Source: a bacterium
Lineage (GTDB): Bacteria > Hinthialibacterota > Hinthialibacteria > Hinthialibacterales > Hinthialibacteraceae
Assembly: GCA_963663405.2 (NCBI GenBank)
Contig: CAXXSM010000132.1
Coordinates: 224,001-288,000, forward strand
Reading direction: 5' to 3'
Length of the DNA: 64,000 nucleotides
The first letter of the stretch is position 1. Each line of letters starts with the position of its first letter. The position numbers and the translations under genes are program-made. The notes under the pieces were generated by a model. The model ran no database searches. It was not told the origin of the DNA and saw nothing but the letters and a program-made list of their open reading frames with translations. Below, piece after piece: positions 52,999-62,666 of the stretch.

Positions 52999-54657
52999 TT
53001 AAGCCCGTGTGTATACAAGATACGAATATTTTAGCTGTATCTTATTGTCAATGCCGGGTTTGACAGTGACAGTCCAAATGATCTGGGTGGATGAATTGAC
53101 TCGCCGAAGACTCGACGCCAGTTTGACTGTTTTCGGATCGCCGGTAGTTTCAATAATGTCACCAACGATTGTTTTCTTGATTTCGACTGTCACATCCTCA
53201 TTTTTATAATTCGTCAATTCCAATTCCCCTTGGATCGTGACGAGATCGTAATTCATATTGTATAACTGTGTCACGTTTCGTTGCCGGTCGGTTTCGTATT
53301 CTTTCTGTTCCGCTTTGATGGAAAGGGCGTGCGCAATCTTTAAATCCGACAGCGCGTTTGGTGGGGTATATGGGATCGTATCCTGTCCGAGAATGTGTCC
53401 GTCTTTAACGGTCATAGCCGGAGCGGTCGTCCAGGGCTGACCCGTTGTATTCTTCAGACGCAGGGAATGCCAAACCGTCTGTTCGCTGTGCGATTCTTCA
53501 TGCGGGCGCCGGTTGTCAGGATCGAGGTAATTTGGTATTTCCCACGTGTAGATATGTTCGTAGGGAATCTCTTTAGCGAAGAGTGGATAATAGCCGCGCT
53601 CGCCTTTTTTCAGTGTGACATCTTCCACTGGATAGAAATAGAGGTCCTCTGCGCTTTCTCCCATCACCGGTGTTGATGGCATGGTTGGAGGGGAAGAGAA
53701 AATGGCGTATACAAAAGGTTCCGGCTGAGATACTTGGGTGCCCACGTCATAACGTTCCCTCCTACTCCTCTTCCTTGAGCGAATCCCTTCGATGATTTTT
53801 TCAATTGGCTGTAGAGAGAATGCGCCGTCAACTTCATCGAACTCAATATGAGGGAATCCAGCGATTAATTCCACATGTGTGTTCTTCCACGGCATTAAGT
53901 CGTTGATAATAATGGATTTGGATGATAATTGGGCTTTCTCTTTCTTGGAAATATCCACTACATAACTCGGCGCCCATGCGGCCCCTTGGCTTAGTACTGT
54001 CAGCGTGATGGGAACCGATTTCTTCACCGGGGTGGCTCCATCAGCGGGTTGGGCGGTGAATTCCAAGACATTTTCAACACTCGGCCGGTTGATGTGATAA
54101 TTTACATTGGTGGATGGAAACTGCGCTTCTTGAATCCAACCTTTTGGGACCACACGGATACCCACCGACGCTTCCAAGATGATTACATCACTGCGCTTTT
54201 GAGAAATGGTTTGAGTGATTATATCCCTATGTTGTGGTTGAGTCTTCTGTTCATTTGGGTGGGGGATGTCCACGATTTTGACACGGGCCCATTTATCTTG
54301 GATTCTTAAATCCAACGTCTGGCCGATATTCGCTTCCAATATTTCTTCAATACTGGCGGCCAATATTTTTTCCTGCGTTTGGGCTTGCGTGGCTTTTATA
54401 TTGGATAGGGTCACATTTTCCGGCCAGCCGATCCAGAAACTGCCAAGCAGCGAGTACGGTAATGGCCGCAGGCGGTAGTGTCCAGAATTTTCCGGCAATT
54501 CCGTTTCGAGAACGGCCATGACAACACCGTTCTTAAATAGAGATACGCTGGTCACTTTCGCCTCAAGCGTTGCAGGTTCTTCCTCGGATAATAGCGGGGT
54601 GGGAAAAAAGAGGGCTGTTAGAAAAAGAGTCAGGGCGATGGTTTTCTTCGGTGTCAT
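52999..54657 (-). CDS. DUF4139/DUF4140-like secreted protein, paralog 2
   Basis: Collinear with 50942-52591, long identical peptide blocks. Confidence 0.72.
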   Translation of the reverse strand: MTPKKTIALTLFLTALFFPTPLLSEEEPATLEAKVTSVSLFKNGVVMAVLETELPENSGHYRLRPLPYSLLGSFWIGWPENVTLSNIKATQAQTQEKILAASIEEILEANIGQTLDLRIQDKWARVKIVDIPHPNEQKTQPQHRDIITQTISQKRSDVIILEASVGIRVVPKGWIQEAQFPSTNVNYHINRPSVENVLEFTAQPADGATPVKKSVPITLTVLSQGAAWAPSYVVDISKKEKAQLSSKSIIINDLMPWKNTHVELIAGFPHIEFDEVDGAFSLQPIEKIIEGIRSRKRSRRERYDVGTQVSQPEPFVYAIFSSPPTMPSTPVMGESAEDLYFYPVEDVTLKKGERGYYPLFAKEIPYEHIYTWEIPNYLDPDNRRPHEESHSEQTVWHSLRLKNTTGQPWTTAPAMTVKDGHILGQDTIPYTPPNALSDLKIAHALSIKAEQKEYETDRQRNVTQLYNMNYDLVTIQGELELTNYKNEDVTVEIKKTIVGDIIETTGDPKTVKLASSLRRVNSSTQIIWTVTVKPGIDNKIQLKYSYLVYTRA

Positions 54658-54752
54658 CGGTGTTTCTCCTTTTTGTTATAGATAAGAAACGAACTCCAGT
54701 TTAAAATTCGCTCTTATTAGGATATAACGCCGATGCGATGAAAAAGTTATAT

Positions 54753-56120
54753 TTACTTTACTTTACGGGCGATTTCATAAGAAATAGGAGAACCGTTGAC
54801 CTTCAATGTATTGATGTGTTGTATGGCCCGTTGCAGTTTTTCATTGGGATTCCCTTCCCATCCCGATAAATCCAGGTCATTCACTTTTACAATGATATCA
54901 CCTTTTTGGATTACGTTTGTTGATTGGCCGGACGGCGCCGCAGTGATCGTAAGGCCTTGATTTTCGTCTGTGTCCCATTCCACGATGGTTTCAACGCCAT
55001 AAAATAACTGGCCGTCGATATTTTTTGTAAAAAACGCTAACCCCGAATGAATGTCAATATCATGGATTGAATTACTATTCTTTGGAGTTCGTCTGGTACG
55101 TCTATTGGCTTGACTGATTTGTATCACACCGTTTTCAAGAACATGGTAGTCCAGCCAATAGGAAGGCAGGACCGTGTCAAGAAAATCCCGGACGGTAGGA
55201 TTATCCAAACAAAAAGAAAGTTTTTTATTCATCCCATCATCCAGAACAAATTGCAAGCCGCATTCTTGGTGAAAGGTTGATAGAATTGAAAATAAATCGA
55301 CGTTATTCGCTTCAAACGGGCCCTCGAACCGCTTATCCAGCGCAGCGGATGGGGAAGGGGGAGCTATTTCCTTGATCAGGACAACCCCGTTTTCCATAAT
55401 CTGATATTTCAAACCACAGGATAATAAAACTGTGTCTAAAACATCGCGTACAGTAGGATTCTGAAAACTGAAAGTGGCTTTTTTCTCAATGACTCCTTCA
55501 TCCAAGACAAATGGAAGGCCGCATGCTTGTTGAAGGATTTGTATGATCGTGGAGAGTTCGACGCTTCGCGCTTCAACAGGGCCTTCAATTTGAGAGTCCA
55601 AGGCGTTGGATATTTCTTCCGGGATCTCATCGATGGGTTCTATGGAAGATTCACTAGATGAAGGTATATCCTTAGCCCGCCGGATCAGGATTGTTCCATT
55701 CTCCGTAATCTGATAACCCAGATTATTTGCAGGAAGGACACAACCTAAGATGTCCTGGACTGTTGGATTGTTGAAAGAAAAAGTCACTTTCTTGTAAATT
55801 CCCTGCTCAATGGCCATAGGAATGCCGGATTGCGCTTGCAGCGTTTGGATAACTATGGCTAGATCGACGCCACGGGCTTCAACAGGGCCTTCGATGCGAG
55901 TGTCCAACACGGCTTGAATTTTCTTGTCTATAACTGTATGAGGGGATGGCGCCGGCGCTTGTACTTTTTCTCCACTCGGAATCAATAATAATAAAGAACA
56001 ACTCCAATTCTCTTGCGAAATGTCCATTGGCGCTGTGACTCTTTGGGCGGAAACAATTAACGGGAAGGCGGTGAAAACGATCGGAAGGATAGCAAATACA
56101 TAATACCGTGATTTTTTCAT
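54753..56120 (-). CDS. Secreted protein with three tandem STN/N0-like domains and a PDZ-like C-terminus
   Basis: 3x LD....GP.EA..V.L..I...L....G....D.G..KK..F...NPTV.D.L..VL....L.Y...ENG...I; C-terminal IQKGDIIVKVND; AAGGAG RBS. Confidence 0.7.
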   Translation of the reverse strand: MKKSRYYVFAILPIVFTAFPLIVSAQRVTAPMDISQENWSCSLLLLIPSGEKVQAPAPSPHTVIDKKIQAVLDTRIEGPVEARGVDLAIVIQTLQAQSGIPMAIEQGIYKKVTFSFNNPTVQDILGCVLPANNLGYQITENGTILIRRAKDIPSSSESSIEPIDEIPEEISNALDSQIEGPVEARSVELSTIIQILQQACGLPFVLDEGVIEKKATFSFQNPTVRDVLDTVLLSCGLKYQIMENGVVLIKEIAPPSPSAALDKRFEGPFEANNVDLFSILSTFHQECGLQFVLDDGMNKKLSFCLDNPTVRDFLDTVLPSYWLDYHVLENGVIQISQANRRTRRTPKNSNSIHDIDIHSGLAFFTKNIDGQLFYGVETIVEWDTDENQGLTITAAPSGQSTNVIQKGDIIVKVNDLDLSGWEGNPNEKLQRAIQHINTLKVNGSPISYEIARKVK

Positions 56121-56482
56121 TATTTTCTCTCCTTGAATGTAATTATTTTGACCGTTTAGCCGAAAGAAGTGGTAAAATACCTGCAAAAGGAGATAATGTG
56201 TCAAAGATTATACTCTCAAAAGCAGGATAGGATTTCTATACCCCTATCGGCCGTTCAATGTTGTTTGTTTTAGGCGCCTATTAAAAAAAACGGTTGGGGA
56301 AAAGCGGAGATAACAACCAAATTGATTTGATTTGAAAAAAGAGAGAGAGTATCATTTTAATTGGAATGAGTTTCGAAGGCTTTCTCATTCGCGATTTCTA
56401 CCGCAACTCATTTTCATTTGCGCATGGGCATCTAAATCATTTGAAGTTTTTTAGAAACTATCTGAATCTCTTTCTAACAACA

Positions 56483-56510
56483 TTGACACATGAAAAAGAA
56501 ACCCTATAAT
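56483..56510 (+). promoter_or_regulatory. Consensus sigma70 promoter of tRNA-Val
   Basis: TTGACA 56483-56488, 16 nt spacer, TATAAT 56505-56510. Confidence 0.8.
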
Positions 56511-56531
56511 TAAAGACTTATGATTCAAAGT

Positions 56532-56609
56532 GGGTCCTTAGCTCAGCTTGGTTAGAGTGCTTGCTTGACATGCAAGAGGTCACTGGTTCAAGTCCAGTAG
56601 GACCCACCA
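56532..56609 (+). tRNA. tRNA-Val(GAC), CCA encoded
   Basis: GGGTCCTTAGCTCAG...CTTGC-TT-GAC-AT-GCAAG...GGTTCAAGTCC...AGGACCCACCA. Confidence 0.97.
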
Positions 56610-56674
56610 TTTTTCGATTTCTTTTTCTTGATCCGTTGGAAAGCGGATATCAGAGATTTAAAAAGGAGTTTGAG

Positions 56675-56701
56675 AGAGGGAGACCTGGAGGTCTCTTTTT
56701 T
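56675..56701 (+). terminator. Terminator after tRNA-Val
   Basis: GAGACC-TGGA-GGTCTC followed by a T run. Confidence 0.65.
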
Positions 56702-56847
56702 ATATTAAAAAACGCAACGGCAATTAACTAGGTCAAACTATATACCCATAGATAGATATGCCGATAGGATTATTGCGTACTATATATGGGTTGGTTTTGT
56801 CTAAAATGACTTTGTAACGACGCTTTTTTATACGTGTGAACGACATT

Positions 56848-58791
56848 ATGAGCGCATCATCTTCTGTTAAACAAATTAAACTGCGGGTAAATGGCGGGAA
56901 GGAATCTCTGGTAGTTCCCGCCCTAACCACTCCAATGACTCTGTTGGACGAGCGCCGGGAATTCCCCAAGGACGCCGTCGCCGCCACGTTTAATGGAGTG
57001 AAGGTGGATTTACTGCGCCCATTGCCTGGAGATGGTGAAATCCAGTTTATTACGTTCCGCGATCCGGAAGGAAAAGAGATACTCTATCACAGCGCGGCGC
57101 ATCTTTTGGCCCAGGCTGTTACGGAACTCTTTCCCAACGCCAAGTTAGCGATTGGCCCACCGATCGACAACGGATTCTATTACGATTTCGATGTCGAAAA
57201 ACCTTTCACGCCGGAAGATCTTGAACGTATTGAAGAGCGTATGCGTGAACACGCCGCGGAAAAAATACCGATCGAGCGGTTTGAAATGAGCCGGCAGGAA
57301 GCGATCGATTATTACAAAGAAAAGAACGAACCTTATAAAGTTGAACTCATCGAAGATTTCGAAGACGATTCGTTCAGTTTTTATAAACAGGGTGATTTCA
57401 TAGATATGTGCCGGGGACCGCATGTTCCCCACACCGGTTTTCTGAAGCATTTTAAACTCCTGCAGAACGCTGGAGCGTATTGGCGTGGACACGAACGAAA
57501 TCCGATGCTTCAGCGGATCTATGGAACCGCCGCGTCAAATCCAAAAGAACTGAAAGCGTATCTCAAACAGCTGGAAGAAGCGAAAGAACGCGATCACCGA
57601 AAGATCGGCCGCGAACTCGACCTCTTCAGCATTCATGATGAAGCGGGGCCGGGATTGGTTCTGTGGCATCCACACGGCGCGCGCGTCCGTAACGTTATCG
57701 AGAATTTCTGGCGTGAGGAACATTACCGCCGGGGTTATGAATTGGTTTACATTCCCCACATCGTCCGGGAAAACCTGTTTCAGAAATCCGGACACCTCGA
57801 AAATTTCCGGGATGACATGTATTCGCCGATGGATGTTGATGGGATGAATTATTACGCCAAACCGATGAACTGCCCGGCGCATATTCTCATCTATCAATCT
57901 CAATTGCGCAGTTACCGGGATATGCCGGTTCGCTATGCGGAATTGGGAACGGTCTACCGGTACGAGCGCTCCGGCGCGTTACATGGCCTTCTGCGCGTAC
58001 GGGGATTCACCCAAGACGACGCGCATATTTTCTGCCGCCCCGATCAGCTGGAAGATGAAATCCTTGGGATCATCGATCTGGCCGATTTTATGATGAAAGC
58101 TTTCGGGTTTGAGTACAAACTCTGCCTCTCCACCCGTCCGGAAAAGTCGATCGGCACGGAAGAAATTTGGGAATACGCCACCGAAACTCTCCGGAAAGCG
58201 CTCGAAAAAAATGGTCAGCCCTACGAGGTCGATGAAGGGGGTGGGGCCTTTTATGGGCCGAAAATTGATGTTATGCTGTTGGACGCTTTGGGACGCACAT
58301 GGCAGGGACCGACGTTTCAATTGGATTTTAATTTCCCAGAGCGTTTTGATATTACGTATGTCGATACAGATGGCGAGAAGAAACGGGCGGTCATGCTTCA
58401 TCGTACAGTCTTAGGATCGATGGAGCGATTCTTTGGAAACCTGATCGAGCATTATAAAGGCGCGTTTCCACCGTGGTTGTCGCCGGTACAGGCCAAAGTG
58501 ATGACCATAACCGATGATTCGATTCCCTATGCGAAATCATTGAATCAGCGATTACGCTGTGCGAAAATACGATCGGAACTTGATATACGTAACGAGAAGA
58601 TTAACTATAAAGTCAGAGAAGCTGAATCCTTAAAAATCCCATTCATGCTCGTCGCAGGGAAAAAAGAGATGCAAGAAGGAACCGTCTCTCTTCGCGAGAG
58701 AGGACGGAAAGATCATGGCGTCATGAGTGTGGAAACCGTATTGGATATGATCCAAGAAGCGGCTGGAGCGCCTCGAAGTCCGTTGGAATAG
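56848..58791 (+). CDS. thrS: Threonine--tRNA ligase
   Basis: HSAAHLLAQA, GFYYDF, DMCRGPH, RDHRKIG, KPMNCP, RVRGFTQDDAH, AFYGPKID, GSMERF. Confidence 0.98.
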   Translation: MSASSSVKQIKLRVNGGKESLVVPALTTPMTLLDERREFPKDAVAATFNGVKVDLLRPLPGDGEIQFITFRDPEGKEILYHSAAHLLAQAVTELFPNAKLAIGPPIDNGFYYDFDVEKPFTPEDLERIEERMREHAAEKIPIERFEMSRQEAIDYYKEKNEPYKVELIEDFEDDSFSFYKQGDFIDMCRGPHVPHTGFLKHFKLLQNAGAYWRGHERNPMLQRIYGTAASNPKELKAYLKQLEEAKERDHRKIGRELDLFSIHDEAGPGLVLWHPHGARVRNVIENFWREEHYRRGYELVYIPHIVRENLFQKSGHLENFRDDMYSPMDVDGMNYYAKPMNCPAHILIYQSQLRSYRDMPVRYAELGTVYRYERSGALHGLLRVRGFTQDDAHIFCRPDQLEDEILGIIDLADFMMKAFGFEYKLCLSTRPEKSIGTEEIWEYATETLRKALEKNGQPYEVDEGGGAFYGPKIDVMLLDALGRTWQGPTFQLDFNFPERFDITYVDTDGEKKRAVMLHRTVLGSMERFFGNLIEHYKGAFPPWLSPVQAKVMTITDDSIPYAKSLNQRLRCAKIRSELDIRNEKINYKVREAESLKIPFMLVAGKKEMQEGTVSLRERGRKDHGVMSVETVLDMIQEAAGAPRSPLE

Positions 58792-58853
58792 TAAACCGGG
58801 GCGTGGAGTGACTGAGTTTGGCCGAATGAAGCCAGAGAGGAGTGTGAGTTTCC

Positions 58854-59519
58854 ATTAGGAGCAAAAGAAGTATTTCTCGGCGCGAGCCACAGCGGGACAC
58901 CACTCGCATTAATGAAACGATTCGTGAACGTGAAATCCGTCTCATCGATCAGAACGACGAACATGTAGGCGTTGTCACGGTCGACACCGCCTTGAAATTA
59001 GCGCGGGAGGCCGGATTGGATCTGGTGGAAGTGAGCGCCAAATCCAAGCCGCATGTGTGCCGTGTTATGGACTATGGCCAGTATAAATATCAGCAGGCCA
59101 AAAAACAAAAAGACGCGAAGAAGAAACAAAAACAAATTGTGGTTAAAGAGATAAAACTTCGTCCGCGTATTGACGACCACGATTATGAATTTAAATTAAA
59201 TCACGCGATCAAGTTTCTCGAACACGGCGATAAAGTCCGTTTTATCATGCAGTTCCGCGGGCGTGAAATGGCGCACAAAGACTTTGGCCGCCGGGTCATG
59301 GACCGGGTCATTGAAGATCTAAACGAAATCGCTTCTGTTGAACAAGCTCCCCGGCAAGAAGGGCGGTTCATGAATATGACACTTGCGCCTTTGCCCGGAG
59401 TCAAGAAAAAAAGTGATAAAAGCAGTGATGATGAACGAAAGAGTGATGAATCAACGCTAGAATCCTTTGAACCGTCATCCCTACCGGATGATGATTCGGC
59501 GAAAGAGGAAGAAATTTAA
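58854..59519 (+). CDS. infC: Translation initiation factor IF-3, probable ATT start
   Basis: Frame extends upstream of the ORF call ([16 protein letters not shown]) to an in-frame TGA; GAGGAG 11 nt before ATT 58854; LDLVEVS, MDYG.YKY, FRGRE. Confidence 0.93.
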   Translation: MRSKRSISRREPQRDTTRINETIREREIRLIDQNDEHVGVVTVDTALKLAREAGLDLVEVSAKSKPHVCRVMDYGQYKYQQAKKQKDAKKKQKQIVVKEIKLRPRIDDHDYEFKLNHAIKFLEHGDKVRFIMQFRGREMAHKDFGRRVMDRVIEDLNEIASVEQAPRQEGRFMNMTLAPLPGVKKKSDKSSDDERKSDESTLESFEPSSLPDDDSAKEEEI

Positions 59520-59520
59520 G

Positions 59521-59724
59521 ATGGCAAATGGACCTAAAATGAAATCCAATCGCGGAGCGATGAAACGCTTCCGCAAAACGAAAAACGGTAAATTCAAACG
59601 GGAACGGGCGTATCTAAGCCACATTCGCACCAAAAAAACGTCGAAACGGAAACGGCGTCTGCGCCAACAGACTCTCGTCAGTACCGCCGAAGTGAAACGC
59701 GTTTCCCGGATGTTAACCACGTAA
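59521..59724 (+). CDS. rpmI: 50S ribosomal protein L35
   Basis: [21 protein letters not shown]...SH..TKK..KRKRRLR. Confidence 0.95.
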   Translation: MANGPKMKSNRGAMKRFRKTKNGKFKRERAYLSHIRTKKTSKRKRRLRQQTLVSTAEVKRVSRMLTT

Positions 59725-59984
59725 TCGCGGTTGGCTCTTCCCTATCTTCTCTCGCCCACTATCATTTCAAAGGTGAGTTGGCTCCGTTTAAGCACGGTGA
59801 TGGAATCACACCGGGAAGAGGATACGCGGTGACTAATAATTTGAAACGCATCCAACGTTGAACTGTATTGGTTCCTATTACAGCGGAATGAAATGCTGGA
59901 ATCCACTCGATTCCTTTCTCAGTATATCGAATTCCGTTCTTTCCGCCGGTTCGAATTCGGCCGATAGAACGCAGGAGAACAGAC

Positions 59985-60337
59985 ATGCCACGCGCAATCA
60001 GTCAGGTCGCTTCCAGGCGGCGCCGGAAAAAAATTCTCAAATTAGCCAAAGGTTCCCGTCTCGGACGGCGCAATCAGATACGATCCGCCCGTCATGGAGT
60101 GTTCAAAGGTCTTCAGTACGCGTACCGGGACCGGCGAAACCGCAAACGGGATTTCCGCCGGTTGTGGATCACCCGCATCAACGCCGCGACACGGATCGAT
60201 GGTCTTTCTATAGCAAGTTTATCCATGGACTCACCCAAGCCGGGATCGAGATTGATCGTAAAATGCTCGCGGAACTTGCGGTCCACGACGCCGAAGCCTT
60301 TCACGGGCTCGTTGAAATCGCCAAAGGAAACGCGTAA
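59985..60337 (+). CDS. rplT: 50S ribosomal protein L20 (one base missing near 60210)
   Basis: [16 protein letters not shown]...[24 protein letters not shown] / [22 protein letters not shown]. Confidence 0.95.
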
Positions 60338-60406
60338 GCCTCCCGGCTTCGAATTACGTTCACCATTCCTACTTTTCAACCAACGGAAGAGCGGATCGAT
60401 TAACCA

Positions 60407-61426
60407 ATGACCACGGGTGTTACATCTCTCCAATCGCAACTGGAAGAAGCGAAGGCGGAAGGCCTTAAGGAACTCGCCCAGGCGGAGAATCCACAGCTTC
60501 TTTACGAAACACGCACAGGCTATCTCGGTAAAAAAGGGAAAGTCAAAGCGGTTCTTCGCGGTTTGGGGAAGCTTTCCGCCGAAGAACGGCCTCTTGTCGG
60601 CCAATTGGCGAACACCGTCGCCGATGCGCTGGAAGAAGCCTATCAACGCCGCCTTGCCGAACTGAAGGCCAATGAATCTGAGCGGCGCCTTGAAGAAGAC
60701 GCGGTGGATATCACGTTGCCGGGCACATGGAACCAGCGAGGCGCGATTCATCCCTTAACCCGCGTTCAAACCGAAATCGAAGAATTGTTCTATTCGATGG
60801 GCTTCGACATCGCTGAAGGCCCGGAAGTCGAATCAGAGCGCTACAACTTCGAATCGCTCAATTTCGTCCCCGATCATCCCGCGCGGGATATGCAGGACAC
60901 GTTCTTCACAAAAAGTGGACACGTTCTCCGGACGCATACATCCCCTGTCCAGATCCGCTATATGGAGACCCATGAGCCGCCCCTGCGCATGATCGCGCCG
61001 GGCCGGGTGTATCGCTGCGATTCCGATATCACACACTCCCCCATGTTCCACCAGATCGAGGGGCTTGTCGTAGACCGGAATATTACCTTCTGCGATCTAA
61101 AAGGTACTTTGGAATTCCTGATCCACCGTATCTTCAGCCCGGAAACTGAAACCCGCTTCCGGCCTTCCTTTTTCCCCTTCACCGAACCCAGCGCGGAGAT
61201 GGACATTATGTTCAAAACGCACCGGGGTGAGATGGAATGGCTCGAAGTCCTCGGTTGCGGTATGGTTCACCCCGCCGTTCTCGAAGCGGTCAACTACGAT
61301 CCAGAAGAATACACCGGATTCGCCTTCGGCCTGGGCGTAGAACGCTTCGCCATGCTCAAATACGGAATCACCGACATCCGTCTCTTCTACGAAAACGATA
61401 TTCGCATGTTGCGTCAATTCCGATAA
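60407..61426 (+). CDS. pheS: Phenylalanine--tRNA ligase alpha subunit
   Basis: [50 protein letters not shown]. Confidence 0.98.
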   Translation: MTTGVTSLQSQLEEAKAEGLKELAQAENPQLLYETRTGYLGKKGKVKAVLRGLGKLSAEERPLVGQLANTVADALEEAYQRRLAELKANESERRLEEDAVDITLPGTWNQRGAIHPLTRVQTEIEELFYSMGFDIAEGPEVESERYNFESLNFVPDHPARDMQDTFFTKSGHVLRTHTSPVQIRYMETHEPPLRMIAPGRVYRCDSDITHSPMFHQIEGLVVDRNITFCDLKGTLEFLIHRIFSPETETRFRPSFFPFTEPSAEMDIMFKTHRGEMEWLEVLGCGMVHPAVLEAVNYDPEEYTGFAFGLGVERFAMLKYGITDIRLFYENDIRMLRQFR

Positions 61427-61447
61427 TGGAGCGCGGGCATCCTGCCC
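61426..61447 (+). repeat. REP-like palindrome, copy 2
   Basis: ATGGAGCGCGGGCA-TCC-TGCCC. Confidence 0.55.
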
Positions 61448-61494
61448 ATAAAATTTTCTTTGCACAAATATAAACAATAAAAAAAACTTATATT

Positions 61495-61895
61495 TTATTC
61501 AAATCGCACTACAGGATATGCCACAATCCATATTTCATCTTGTGGTCTTTTATAGTATTCGTATGTTTTCATGATGAAATTTTTGAGTTTCTTAAGTGAA
61601 TTACGAAATTTTTGTATCTTCAAGTGAATATTCATAATCAACAATAAAAAGAGCGATGTCATCAGGTGTCGATAATTTTGTTTTGGGATCGGTCCAATAT
61701 CCACGAAAGGATGCTTTTGGATAATAGGCGCTATGTGTAAAACCACTGACTCGAATTCCATATCTCACAATTTTTCAATCTTTTCAGCTGAGTGATCACT
61801 TCATTTACGGCTTTTAATTCTTCTTTCATTCCAGCAGGAAGATTAAACATTACTCGTGTTCGACTCTCCAGTTCTTTTGTATAGTCCTCTGTCAT
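61495..61895 (-). CDS. Hypothetical ~132 aa protein, reconstructed across two A-run insertions
   Basis: GGAG RBS; MTEDY..RTRVMFNLP..LK / IVRYGIRVSGFTHS..FRGYW..PDDIALFIVDY / ..RPQDEIWIVAYPVVRFE. Confidence 0.6.
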
Positions 61896-61921
61896 AGAAA
61901 ACTCCAAAATCATCTGAATTA

Positions 61922-62227
61922 TTACATCCGTCTATCACGTTGCAGCGTAGTGTATTCTTCGATGGTTAAATCACTTTTCGGTTTCACCTTGCCCGTACTA
62001 AATCGTAATCTTCTTTCTTTAAAAAAAGGAATGAGCTTACCTGGAACAACAAAAATCATACCTTCCATGTCAACTGGAATTCCTGGAAAGTAGTCACAAA
62101 GAAGATCGATCGCGGTATCACGATCCTTTCGTGCTTTAAATGTGATCGTTGACACATCATCGTATAAAAGAACATCCGGTTTCCACTCAATTTTTGGTAT
62201 ATTGTTCTTTAATTCGTAATAAATCAT
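61922..62227 (-). CDS. Hypothetical protein
   Basis: 101 aa ORF with GAGG RBS, co-oriented with neighbours. Confidence 0.6.
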   Translation of the reverse strand: MIYYELKNNIPKIEWKPDVLLYDDVSTITFKARKDRDTAIDLLCDYFPGIPVDMEGMIFVVPGKLIPFFKERRLRFSTGKVKPKSDLTIEEYTTLQRDRRM

Positions 62228-62240
62228 CAAAATCCGCCTC

Positions 62241-62501
62241 TTAATCTGCATATGATTGTCGATCTGATCGGAAAACGTTTTTACACCAACTATTGGCTTT
62301 TCGGCGATCTAATGATACTTGTTGGTGATTTCCTTCAAATAAATCCGGTGTGTTTTTCCATCGATTAAGATAGGATGCCGATCCAATCGATTCATAGCAT
62401 TCCTTGAAAATTTCTCTGATTTTTTCATTGTCGAGATTCTTGCTTAAATGAAGGACTTTTTCTTTAATTTCAGAATTTTCCCATGCGTGGCTTTCATGCA
62501 A
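62241..62501 (-). CDS. Hypothetical protein
   Basis: AAAGGAGGTGA RBS immediately upstream. Confidence 0.55.
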   Translation of the reverse strand: MHESHAWENSEIKEKVLHLSKNLDNEKIREIFKECYESIGSASYLNRWKNTPDLFEGNHQQVSLDRRKANSWCKNVFRSDRQSYAD

Positions 62502-62666
62502 TATTTATCACCTCCTTTCATGTAATTGTGTTGCAGCATTTGTGCTTGCAAAAAACTATGATCGTTAATTTTTTGCTTTTTTATATCATAGTCTGACATG
62601 ATATACTATTATATACCATATACGCCTCGTGATGGCAAGGTATTTTCTCATTGTATTTACTATGAA

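Noticed and set aside
56700-56847. T-box or tRNA-mimic operator upstream of thrS
   Set aside because: An imperfect hairpin (ACCCATAGATAG/CTATATATGGGT) exists, but no T-box consensus or convincing anticodon-like stem-loop
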